A stretch of DNA of 64,000 nucleotides, taken from the human T2T-CHM13v2.0 reference genome, Homo sapiens. The translations under genes were made by a program, and so were the position numbers. The stretch is from assembly GCF_009914755.1 (NCBI RefSeq), contig NC_060925.1; one strand, 5' to 3'. Position 1 is the first letter of the stretch; every line of letters begins with the position of its first letter. The notes under the pieces were generated by a model, which was given only the letters and a program-made list of their open reading frames with translations, was not told the origin of the DNA and searched no databases. This document shows positions 25,761 through 38,267 of the stretch, in pieces.

Positions 25761-27224
25761 TATTTTTCACAGTGTTAAAATTAAAGGCAGATTTTAGGAC
25801 AAATAATTGTCTCAACTTCATATAGCTTTCTTCTATGTTACTGGCTCTCATTGCATGTGAGAGATGATGGGGGTTCAGTGGGACAGTTCTATTGTTTAAT
25901 TTGATATCCTGGCGTTCTAATGTTTTCATCACGACATCTAGTTGTCCCAGATCTCTTTATGCTGTTTTCTGGGAGTGACAGAGTCAAAAAAAATATGCCT
26001 CTTTAAGCTGTCATTCTGCTTAACTCCTCCTCTGCAATTACATTTGCATGCATAATACATCGTAACAAATTAGATATTACAAAGACACACGACAGAAATT
26101 ATGTGAGCTTGTGGCAAGAGATATAACTGATGTGATAGAAGAGAAGGAGATTGCAGAGTAAAGGAAGGAGGAGAAGGAAAACTAATGAATGAAAACCAGT
26201 ACAGAAAATGGCAACTGAAATATATCTTCTCAACTTTTTAAGGCCAGTGATCAATTGCAGAAAAGTAAATGAAAAGGGAAAATGCAAAACCAGTTTTGTT
26301 CCTGTGTCAGTCAGCTAAGAGATTAAAATTAAACAGTGTATTTGGTTCCAGAGGGAAAGATATTCATTGGGTTTTTGGCAGTAAAAGTAACTGTGACTAA
26401 GAAAAACTCTTTATTTCACATGTTAATCTAAAAAACTGAAATGATATTGGGGTTGTAATTCAGGCTTATTGGAAGTGTTTTCTAGTAGACTGGAAACAAT
26501 CTTCTTGACTGAATGGACCTAGACTGAGATTACAGCTATAGCTATAAACACCACAGCCACTCTGTTTTGCTCCTACTTTATAATGACTGGATTAAAGTGT
26601 TTTTCTTATGTGATGGTATGTCTTCTGGCCTCCTGACACTCAAAATTGGCCAATTTAGAAGCACTGATGCCTGATGGTCATTGAAAGGCCATTGTCCCTG
26701 AAGTGCTATTAGTTCATGTCATACCTTGGCCAATAACTGAGGCAATGACCAGCTCCGTCTCTAAAAGGTTTGAATAGCCACTTTCAAAATGGCAAGGTTC
26801 AGCCAATATCCACTGACGATTTTAAGTGTTTTACTTGGTCTGACAAAAGCAGGAGAAACAGGAATTGGACTCACAGTCCTCTCCATTTTTTGTCTCTTTT
26901 TTGGGTCTCTTTCCATTTTCCTTACTCATTTGCTATCTTTTTTCTACAAATCCATAAGGGAAATAATAAATTTTCAGTAACGTGGAAGTTGGATTAAGTT
27001 CAGGAGGAGCCCAAATATTAGAGTGGCTACAATCCATGCTATAAATCTTTTCTTTCTGTCCTGCTCTCCTCGGGTTCTATTTCTTTCACTTCCTCTCAGT
27101 CCTATTACTTCTCTCATCTCAGGCCAGGCATCCCACTCTGCAAGGAGGAATGTAGCAGATTGCTTCAGTGAAGCATTTGCCATTCTCCAGGTTTTTTCTC
27201 ATCATTCTCTTTCAGCCTTTTTCC

Positions 27225-27592
27225 AGCGTTCCTGACAATGTGGAAGAGCTCCCCAGCCAATCATTTTCTCGCATTCCTTTGGTGCCATGGCAGGATCCGA
27301 GGAAGCCCATCGGCCTCTGCTAGGCTGATAACCGTCATTGCTTCTAATGTGTGCTTCGGAATTTCTCATCACAGCACGCATCTGTTGGGGAGATAAAAGG
27401 AGGGATTTACAAATATATAACCAGCAGATGTATGAACGCTGTTGAGGCAAAGTAGACTAAGAAAGAAGCATATCCACATTTTCTTGGAGTAAGAGTAGAT
27501 ACATATGCTGGCTTTTGTATGATTAGGTCATTACTAACACCTGGAGGCTGTCTCAGTCCTTGGAGAAAAACCATGGAGAATATTTGGTAAGG
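27225..27592 (+). promoter_or_regulatory. Candidate promoter / short exon (CpG-enriched, CCAAT, GATA, TATA-like, ACCATGG, donor)
   Basis: 8 CpG in ~215 bp; ccaat 27257, agataa 27391, tatataa 27414, tactaac 27532, accATGg 27573, ttg|gtaagg 27586. Confidence 0.35.
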
Positions 27593-28660
27593 AACACATT
27601 TGGTTCACAGAGGGGGTTATTCTGAGCCAGATTGGAAAACATTTTAAAATGGAATATTGCCTGCATAAAAGAGGCAGATATTTCAGCTTTGCTACATAAC
27701 AGGAGTTCTCTAGTGGATCCTTCTACATAATGGAGCCGTATGGTAGGTCTACGGAATATCACACTCTGATGTCAGAAAAGCATACATATCCTTAGCCAAA
27801 TGTTTGCATGTGCATTAGAGCATACACAGTATTATTTAATCACTTTCTCCTAGGCCCTTGTGTGTTAGTACCACAGTCCCAATTGCACAAAGAACCTCAC
27901 TTAAAACCAGTGGGGTTTCTGAATACTAATGGAGAGTTTTCATAACTGTAGTCTCCTAAATATTGTTGGAGCTTATCTTCTGTTACTCTTTAGTATCCTC
28001 TTTTTTCCCCCTCTAAATTTCCTACATGAAAAACAAGGGAAATTTTGGAAACTGTTAGGACAAATATCAAAATAATTTTATATTTAATTGAGGCTTTCTG
28101 CTGATCTTAACGGATATAAAACTGATAGACATTATTGTCTCTCCTGATAAAACGTACTTTATTGATGGATTTCTTTAGCAGGTGTGTTAGAAGCTATAAT
28201 TTTGAAGGAAGGGAGAAAGGATAGCTCATAAAGCTAGGGGGAAGAAAACAAATACCAAGAAATTAATTACCTAGCCTTTGCTTGACACCAAGAAAAACAC
28301 TGTGTAGTGATTTCTCACCAACGACCCAGACTTCTAAAAAAACTATGTACATAACCAAGAGAAGCTCTGTGGGTCACACTAAGTCATCAGGATATTGGGA
28401 GGTTGCATTAGGATGACACTGTCCGACAGAGAGGAATTGCCTGGCCTGGTAAGAGATTAAACATTTAATACTGTAGGATATTATATCATTCCAGGCCTCT
28501 CTATTCCTTTCCACTTTCTCTTTCATTGTTTTCTCCTTTTTACTTTATCTATGGTGAAAATCTTCTACTTCTTTTCAAAAAATTTTAAAGAGTTTCAATC
28601 TTTTTCTTTTGTAAATTGAGTATCTCTCTGTGCTAAATTTCTTAAAACTGAAGTTTTCCA

Positions 28661-29029
<369 letters not shown>

Positions 29030-31247
29030 TTAAAAGAAAAAAATTAACCTGGGTAATGAATACTCTGTCTACAAAAAAGCTAAATGGCAGTGATTTTTGG
29101 AAAGGATTAAATGAATAAAGACTTGAAAAAAAAGTGTACAGAATAATGTAAATGCCAGCATCAGACATGCTGGCTTCCTTGGTTTAACATTACCTAAGCT
29201 ATTTTAGGACACAGTTACCTGTCTTTAATGATTACAAATCTTCTTTCATCTCCAGAGTGAGATCAAAAAGAAATTATATCTGTTTTTCTTCATTGTCTAA
29301 AAGGTATAAACATAATCTATATGATAAACATGTGGCAAGCAACTGGAACATAAATAATTCAGGAATGTTGAACAGGGGATACACTACAAAATGCCATTCC
29401 CCACATCCCACCTCACCCTTGCCCCTCTCCATCTGCACTATCCAAAGCCAGCCTGACATACACTGAGGAGGCATGTTCAATGTGAAATTTAAGAAACTCC
29501 TCAAATTCTGTTATAACTCAAGAGTAAAACAAAACAAAATAAAACAAAAAACTTGTTGTTTCATTTGTAAAATACTATATTCCCTATTTAAGAGACAAGT
29601 TTACCCCCTCTTCTAGGGAAACAATTTTGAAATTCAGATAAAACTGAATTTGGAGAGGATTTCTCTCTCCTTACTTACATCCTACTTCATAGACTTTCTG
29701 TGAGTCATCTTGTTTCAAGGTTTTATAAAAAAATATACTTGGTATTATACCAATTTAATGTTCTAGAGAAAACATTTGTCCTTGAGATTCTTCTAATATG
29801 TTGCATTTGGATTCAGTGAAAGAGTTTATGTTCATAACTTTTGCTATCTTATGGAATTTTGTTTGTGGCCTGTCTTACGGCAATTTGGGGATGAGAAGGG
29901 AAATGAGAATTGATATTGTATTTTCAATTTCTGTTAATTGTCATCAGCCTCAGTCCTTCCCTCTGCTATATCCTCATCCATATTATCTTCTCCTTTTATG
30001 GCATTTGTATATGATCACACTTTGCTTCACAGCCCAAAAGTAATTGTGTGAAGGAAAAGAAAAAAAAATGCCATTACAGAACAACTATTGGTTTTGTGGC
30101 CAAACTTGTCTTCAGTTCTTGATGCAGAAAATACAAATTGTAGCAATTCTAGTTTTGCCATACATTCAATAGCTAATCACATTACTATTTTATGTTATAG
30201 ATATGCCTACTTTACCTGATAGAAATGACTTTTTAATTCTTAATTTGGATACATATTTTAAACAGTGAAAAGAAAATATTGAAAAGACTTAGAAGCTTAT
30301 AATATGGTAATATCTTATATGCATGCAGCCTTCCCTCTGTGTTGGTATTGGTAAGCAGATACTAACAATAACACTCAGAGAAGTTTATTATCCAATTTTG
30401 TGTGCATTCAATAGGATTATGAGGCTTTGATCATACAAATGCAAAAGAGATTTGGCAGTAACAGGAAGTAACATAGTTCTAGAAGCACAATTTCTATTTT
30501 ATTAATCTGAGAGAGAAATACTTTTTCCAAATTGCTACAAAGCTTGAAGGATCTGCTTAGCTCTCTCTGTTTATTCCTTGCACCACTAACCTCAGAATGT
30601 TGGTGGTTTACATAAATTCACAATCCTATGAAATCTGGGGGGCTGGAAATCTTTGGATGCTATCCACAGGACTAAGTTGGAGCCAATAAAATGTTTAGCT
30701 TTCTTTGTGGGTGGTCTCTGTTAGCCTTGGTTAGTGACCTGTGTAAGTTAGAAGCAATGAGAAAGACTCCAGAGATTTATTTAAGGTAAATAATTTTAGT
30801 ATCTCACAAATTTACTGGGACTGTCTCTAATACGACTTTGAAATCCACGCTGAAATTCTCCTTCTATATGAGAAGCTCTTAAAATGAGATGGCTCAGTTA
30901 CCTCAGCAACTATCTCCCTTGAAAGGACCCATCCAATTTTTAATCCTACATGACTTGAGTGCAGTGGGTGGCCAGGTTCCAGAGCTATGACCATTACAAA
31001 AAGGCGAAGGTCTGGTACTCCTCCACAGAGTGCACTATCCCAGAGCCTGCACTGCCTCTTTCAGGATGTGCCACCTTTATACAAAATACCCTGAGGATTA
31101 CAGCATCTGGATGAGCCTCTGATTATCATCTGCTGTGTTCCAGTCACCGCATCTCCTTATTGAGGCAGTTGGCATCACCTCATGGTCCTCCTCTCCACCA
31201 TGACTCCTATCTGTGTCCAGGTTGTATCTCACTCGATTCTGAGTTGA

Positions 31248-31585
<338 letters not shown>

Positions 31586-32466
31586 TGTAGTGTTCTTGTT
31601 CCATAACTATTTTATTGGGCTGATATCAGCAGGAGACTTCCATGAATTAAACTGAATCTCAAGTTTCAAGCCTTGATAATTGGGTTAGTCATGGTACCAT
31701 GGGTAGAAATAGAGACTTTGTTGGGGTGGAAGGCTCTAGTAGAGTGGAGTGAGAAATTGTCAGCTCAGTTATTGGATGTGAGGTAAATGTAAACATCCCA
31801 CTTGAAAGGTCCCTTAGAAATTAAAAATGTAAAATTGGAAATTTCTGAAAAGTTGTGCACTTTGGATAGTGATCTGGAAGTTGCCTGATTAGTTGTCACC
31901 TCACAACAACAGCAGTAAAGGAAAAAATTCCATATTTCTTGCTCAGTCATATGTTCTTTTATACATGTTCTCCCGTTTAATCCTCTTAACAACCAAAAGG
32001 GAGGATATTTATTCTTCCCATTTCACAGATTAGGAAACTAAAGCTTAAGGAATCTACGGATATAACTTAAGACACCTCATTGGAAAGTTGTAGAAGAAAC
32101 AGAGTCCAAGGGACATAATAAGACAGGTTTAGTATAAGCAGTCATTCAACAAATGCTTAATGGTTAATTGATTTAACAGTGTCACAAAAACACAGAGAAA
32201 AGAGAATTCAAGGTGGCTTTTGATGCCAAATGCCATGTGTTCCAGGGAGGAAGAAGAAGAAATAGACTGAGAGGAAATAGTTTGGTATTCCCAGGTCACT
32301 TGTTGGTGATCCTGGAAAATGCAAGGCTCAGTAGGGTGAAAAGGATGGAAGTTAACCACATGACACAGGAAAACCACAGCTTGGAGAAATATGGTAGTGA
32401 GTGGATGGAGAGCTTGAAGGGGCAAGAGATTTACATGAGGATTTGCCTTAAATTTGTTTTGTATTT

Positions 32467-32797
32467 TGTACTAGTTGATACAGGCTAGGCAGCTCAGGTG
32501 GAATCCCACTGGGTACCATAAGAATGTGGCCCTTTCAAGTAGTCACTGCAGGAGGGTGACATAAGGCAGTCTGTATCGTGCAGCCGCTCAGCATGCTAGT
32601 GGCTTTTGGATTGCCAAGGCAGCAGAAGAGAGATTGCAGGGAACTCAAACACACTCCTAACCATGTCAGACCAGAGCGTCTCTTAAGCTCACAGCCCATT
32701 GGCCGAGAGTCAATGGCCCTAACCTTCCTTCAAAGGGAGGCTAGAAAATGCGGGTGCACCTGGGCAATATTTGGTGAGCGCTACTCTCTCTGCTGCA
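32467..32797 (-). mobile_element. MaLR solo LTR (MLT1J/K/L-like)
   Basis: gctcacagcccattggcc..aagggaggctagaaaatg..atatttggtgagc..tctgctgca. Confidence 0.65.
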
Positions 32798-33859
32798 TAA
32801 GTGAACTAAGTCATTTTGCTTGCTGAGATCTTGAAGCTGTATTATATGCATTGGACTTTACAACTGGACTTAGACTGTTGTAAGCCAGAGGATCATGGAG
32901 GGATTGACAATTCTCATGCAGAAGTTTCTCTGAATTAGGTTGTTCTTGCCCTCTTTGCAATGATGCCTTTGACTTCATAACAAATTAAGACTAGTCATGG
33001 TCATTTTTGGAAAATTTTTACACAGAGAATGTAAAGTAACATTTGGCAGCTTCGTAGATGCTTTTGGAGATGGAGTCTCACTTTGTTGGCATAGGATGAC
33101 CAGCTTGCTGGCCTGGGTAGAGATAAGCTAAATGTAACAGGGAGAAGAAAAATTGAAAATAATAAATGGATCAGCAAGACTGGCTTCTTCTGGAGACTCT
33201 GGGATTGAAGCCTTACACTCTACCTCCCTTTGTTACCATTTATAGGTTTGCCAAGACCGCATCCATTGTGCATCAAGGTTAGCCTTCATTCAGCCAGCCT
33301 GAGGTGCAGAGCATGGGGTGGGTCGGGGAGGGCCAGCCGTGTACTTCTAACTTCCACTCTGCCAGCTGGTAGCAACCTGTACTGTTTTTCCTGTCTGGAG
33401 ATTCCACACCCAGATTTTTCTAGCATATGATACGTGTAATGGTTGCTATCCCTAACTCTCCCCAGGTCTCAGAACACCATCAACCATCCTGAACAAAGCC
33501 CTGGAAGCTGCAATAAAAAGGTTTTAAAACCTCAGAAAGGAAAGCCTGAGGGAGTACCACACAGTCAAGGCAAATTAGCATCACCCAGTGGAAAAGAAAG
33601 GCTCTCCCTTCCATAAAACGATATTCATCAGCGTGCCTCTTGAGGCATCAAAGATTTCCCGAGGCCCTGTGGACTAACGAGTTAGGCCCCATTTTAAGAC
33701 AAATGATCTGATATAATATGGTGATCCATGGGCATCATTCAGCAGAGAAAACAACGATACGCTCTCAGAAAACAAAACACAAACTCCTGTAGGCAAAAAA
33801 GAGGAAAATGTGAATGAAAGCCATATATCAATAACCTTATTGCTCATGGAAGATAGTAA

Positions 33860-33949
33860 CTTTTCTCTCTCTCTCCCCCTCCTTTCAACTCCTCCCTTCT
33901 CTCTCTGAGTCTCCCCTCTTCCCTCCCTTTCAATCTCTCTCCCTCCTTT
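33860..33949. repeat. Polypyrimidine/polypurine (CT-rich) tract
   Basis: About 90 bp almost entirely C/T. Confidence 0.9.
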
Positions 33950-33961
33950 GGTGTTGGAGTC

Positions 33962-34158
33962 CAATGATTCTCATGTAGAAACCCAGTATGTCAAGTGAGA
34001 TTGTACTTTCTCTGGCATCCTAGCAGGGGGCAGGGTGGTCTGGAAGGTAGGCAATGCGATATCTCTGGGCTGGGGCCCTCCCTGCCCTCCTCTTTGCACC
34101 AACTGAAGCAGCTTTGCAGGAGTCTAGGACTCCAGAGAGCTAGGTGTGAAAATCACTG
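33962..34158. mobile_element. Possible hAT-Charlie MITE
   Basis: Degenerate TIRs caatgattctca / tgaaaatcactg; no TSD resolved. Confidence 0.4.
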
Positions 34159-34229
34159 ATCCAGGGCCAAGGAGGCTAGTATTAAAGGGCTGCAATCATG
34201 CATTCATAATTTTGTACTCAGATAAAAAG

Positions 34230-34735
34230 AAATCCTGAGTTTATAGCTACAATTCTGGATTTCCTCCTGCCCATCAATTCCAAATCCTTGATGTCTAGGT
34301 TTCTGTGTGATCTTACTTCTCCCTGCATTTCTAATATTACCCAGCTCCATTCTGCTCCTCATTTTCTATGTGTCAGAGTCTCATCCATGCTACTTTCTCT
34401 GCCTGCAATCCCTCTCTTTGTGCTTATCTGGGTAACTCCTACCTGTCCTTTAGGTGTCTGCTTAGTGCCATTTATAGAGAACTTCACTAAAATTTGAAAT
34501 GTAGTTTAGGCCTTGTTTTATATTCTCCAAACATATTCTTCCTTCATAATACTTTGTAATGATTTCAATTATATAATTATTAGTGGGATTATCTGCTTAA
34601 TATCCAGCTCCTCTTATTAGACTCTAAACTCTATCTGGAAAGTTTGTATATATCTTAATGATCACTTTGTAACAAGCAACTAACCAAATGAATAGAAAAC
34701 CATGGGAGATCAATAAAGATTTATTACATGAATAA
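34230..34735 (+). mobile_element. L2 3' region
   Basis: ctctgcctgcaatccctct..tagactctaaactc..tcaataaagatttattacatgaat. Confidence 0.65.
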
Positions 34736-34902
34736 AAGTCAAAACCAGAAGCCTTCCCACTAACTTCTCCTTAAGATCAAATAAAAAGGTTGCATTTCTA
34801 ATATGCTAGTATATGTTTCCAGTTTAAATCTCATAGACATTGGATTGATGATCCAACAATCAGATGTTTTCTTGGCATAAATAATGGCCTCATGTATTTG
34901 GG

Positions 34903-34904
34903 AT

Positions 34905-34943
<39 letters not shown>

Positions 34944-34945
34944 TT
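34903..34945. repeat. (TTTA)n, distal part of the AluJ tail
   Basis: About 10 TTTA units; resumes at 35158 after the HERV-K insert. Confidence 0.95.
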
Positions 34946-35023
34946 TGGGGAAAAGAAAGAGGTCAGATTGTTACTGTGTCTATGTAGAAAGAAGTAGACA
35001 TAAGAGACTCCATTTTGTTCTGT
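34944..35023 (+). mobile_element. HERV-K(HML-2) LTR5 U3 5' end (LTR5A/B-like), forward
   Basis: tggggaaaagaaagaggtcagattgttactgtgtctatgtagaaagaagtagacataagagactccattttgttctgt matches the LTR5 start. Confidence 0.92.
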
Positions 35024-35115
35024 TGAACTAGTAGTCTGATTTCTACGAATGTTTAAAAAATTTAAAGTATAGAGTGCTAGATTAAGTTGCATCTGAGGAG
35101 TGGAACACTCCTTAC
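35015..35115 (-). pseudogene. HERV-K(HML-2) pol integrase fragment
   Basis: Minus-strand peptide [30 protein letters not shown] resembles HML-2 [32 protein letters not shown]. Confidence 0.9.
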
Positions 35116-35157
35116 AGAGACACAGTAACAGTCTGATCTCTGTTTCTTTTCCCCACA
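35113..35157 (-). mobile_element. HERV-K(HML-2) LTR5 U3 5' end, inverted
   Basis: Reverse complement is tgtggggaaaagaaacagagatcagactgttactgtgtctctgta. Confidence 0.92.
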
Positions 35158-35481
35158 ATTTATTTATTTATTTTATTTATTTATTTTTGGAGACAGGGTC
35201 TTGCTGTGTCACCCAGGCTGATGGAGTGTGGTGGCATTGTCATAGCTCACTGTAACCTCAAACTCCTGAGCTCAAACAGTCCTCCTACCTTAACCTCTCA
35301 AGTAGGTGGGACTATAGGCATGTGCCACAATGCCAGGCTATTTTTTTTTCCTTCATTTTTTTATGGAGACGGGGTCTCATTATGCTGCCCAGGCTGGTCT
35401 TGCACTCCTGGCCTCAAGCGATTCTCCTGCCTCAGCCCTTCAAAGAGCTGAAATTACAGGTGTAAGTTATAGCACCCAGCC
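35158..35481 (-). mobile_element. AluJ
   Basis: catagctcactgtaacctcaaactcctgagctcaa (J-type); degenerate TSD catgtatttggg (34891-34902) / catggtcttggg (35482-35493). Confidence 0.92.
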
Positions 35482-36377
35482 CATGGTCTTGGGTGGTTGG
35501 ATGATGCTTTTTATTAAAATGCTTTCCCTTGCATGGTAGCATTTAATCTTCACACAAGCCCTGTGAGGAATCTAATTCAGTTATCATTATCTTGTGCATG
35601 AGAAAACAATAAATCAGTGGAGAAGTTGTATGTTGGTTTAGCTTCTAAAGCTGAAGCTTCTAGTTCTGTCAGTCCGGTGATAGAGATAGAATAGGATGCA
35701 CAATCCTAGCCCAGGGGTAGTTATTATTTTGTTGATTATGTACATAGGAGTATCCAAACTTAGAATCTACTCTATGAGCAGTCCAGGAAAATCAAATCTA
35801 TACTATATCTCCATTGAAGTCAGTACCATTGTCTTATGTCTTCACTTTAGGTTCTGGCTTATCTAACTGAGTGAATGGAAACTCCTCAAGAGGGTTTCTG
35901 GATATACAGTCAGATTGTCAGTTTATATACATCTTTATTTTACAGAAGTATGTTATTCTCTCATCACAAATCTAAACACGACTATTCAAAACTGGCTTTT
36001 TGCTAAACAAGAGGCAGTAACAATCAGGACATCCTGTTAAAACAGACACATCCCAAATGATAGGACAGAAATAAGAATGAAATGCCTTCTATGAATCTAC
36101 TCTGGTGAATGTAATTTCAGTAACCAAAAGGGTTACAAAGTGAAAAATATTCAGGGGAAGCTTTGTTAAAGGAAGTAGTAATGGGATATGGGAGCATGTT
36201 ATTCTCAGTTTGTGGGCATGAACCCAGACTTAATTACTAGTAACCAAAAATCTATTACATTTGGAAATTTTAGAAGCTCTGATGGAATAATTTAGGATGG
36301 AATGCTTCTGTTTAGTGGATCACTGTGCACTGACACTTTTATTTTTTAAATGATTTTTTCATGTGCATATGTTTTCT

Positions 36378-36679
36378 TTTTTTCTTTTTTTGAGATGGCG
36401 TCCCACTCACTCTGTCACTCAGATTGGAGGGCAGTGGCGAACTCTCGGCTCACTGCAACAACCTCCACCTCCAGGGTCCAAGCAATTCTCCTGCCTCAGC
36501 CTCTCCCGTAGTTGGGATTACAGGTACGTGCCACAAAGACCAGCTAATTTTTGTATTTTTAGTAGAGGCAGGTTTCACCATTTTGGCCAGGCTGGTCTCG
36601 AACTCCTGACCTCAAGCGATCTACCTGCCTTAGCCTCCAAAAGTGCTAGGATTACAGGCAAGAGCCACCATGCCCAGTC
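36378..36679 (-). mobile_element. AluS (Sx/Sz-like)
   Basis: Antisense dimer; TSD-like atgtgcatatgttttc / atgtgtatatattttc. Confidence 0.93.
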
Positions 36680-38178
36680 TTATGTGTATATATTTTCTTT
36701 GGACTCCTTTTACTTTTTGCTGAACAGGTACTTCTCATGACTTCATCTTCTTAAGATGTTTCATGCTAAAGATAATCTGTTTGCAGTCCATTGAAACTTC
36801 ACTTTAAGACTATTTGCCTCTGAAAATACTTTCATAATTAAAGCAAATCCTTTTGGATCCCACCCAAGAGAATTTAATTTCTGAGATAGCAATTTACTTC
36901 TTATTCCACTGCAGTCTTATCTGAAAAAGGTCCCCAAGTCTTGGGACTCTGAAGACAGCTTTGTGAAAAACTGCCACTGAATTCTCATAGTGTTCTAGAA
37001 AGACTGTGTGGCACAAGATAGAGCTCATTTTGGTTCTTTGCTATCCCTGGGCCATCCCACAAAATATTTATTGTTATGTGGGCAAAGGGTGTATTCTGTC
37101 AAAGGAGAGGTCAGAAAGAGAACTGGGAGAAAATTAAGGCAAGGCCAAGATGAGAGCTGTTGGCACTGGCTTTGCCACACCATCCACAATGCACACTTTC
37201 TGTTTTAGTTGGAGGGCATTGAGCAGTCTCTACTATATTAATGGCTCTGGGCCAAGTAAAGAAGGAAATGAGTCAAAATTATATGAGGCAATACGTTGGA
37301 GAAGTAATGTGTGTATTTCCAGGCCCAGCTGATTCTGAAAAATCACCACTGAAATTGGTGGTTTTACTGGTAATGTTCTAAAATAGACCAAGAGTGATAG
37401 GGCCACAGAGGCTCAACTTTATTGATCTCTAGAAATAGAGCATCTGGATTAAGCTTAAGGCATACTAGTGGAATTTGGGGAAGTTTTTAACACCTTAAAT
37501 GACACTCCCTCTGCTGCACCTGTTCATTGGTGAAATAGAGGACTTCATTTAGGAAAACAAGCACCTTCCACGAGCACTCAATTTGCTTGTTTGAAAAAGT
37601 AATTGGAGAAAAACAAAGAGATTCTTGTTCAGTCTGAAATTCAGAAGAAACTCTTGCCAACTTTATGAATAATGAGAGTTCCCCTTTCCATGTCGAAATT
37701 ACTGGCCCTGTTGCTGATATCCATAAATTAAGCAGTTGGGTTGTTGGTTTTTTTGTTTTTCCTTTTTTGCAATTAAGCATGCAGTGCTCACAATGCACAA
37801 TAGGTCCCCTAGAAGTGTGTCTAATCTTTCTACTCCTGTTTAAAAAAAAAAAAACTGGATACAGGATCTTAAACAAAGAGTCAGTTGCAGTACATCTGTA
37901 CAGAGCTGGAGAGTTGAGTCCCAAGAGGATTTACATTGGGAAAATCCCCAAAGCAATAGAAGAGACAAGCACAAACATGTCCACACTCCAAATAGTGAGG
38001 CAGAAACTGCTCCCAGGCCAACATGTTGTTTCAAAGGACTGGAAGGCTTTTGTTTAGTAAAACATAATTCAAATAGCGGTGTTCACCATATAACAGTTTG
38101 CTGATAATGATTATTTCAATAAAGAGTGAATGTGTAAAGTTATTTTCTAATGTAATATGCCAATTTAAAATGCCCACA

Positions 38179-38267
38179 CGGCACATGTATACATATGTAA
38201 CAAACCTGCATGTTGTGCATATGTACCCTAGAACTTAGAGTATAATAAAAAATATATATAAAAAAAT
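38179..38267 (+). mobile_element. Severely 5'-truncated L1PA (L1PA4-7-like) 3' end
   Basis: ggcacatgtatacatatgtaacaaacctgca..gtaccctagaactta..gtataataa; perfect TSD aaaatgcccaca 38167-38178 / 38268-38279. Confidence 0.93.

Noticed and set aside
34944-35157. SVA SINE-R or DNA-transposon explanation for the inverted-repeat insert
   Set aside because: The arms match LTR5 U3 itself, the core is pol rather than env, and there is no VNTR, hexamer or Alu-like part.
37487-38057. Overlapping 145-aa and 130-aa ORFs in unique DNA
   Set aside because: No recognisable domain, they run through a poly-A tract, and there is no convincing exon structure.
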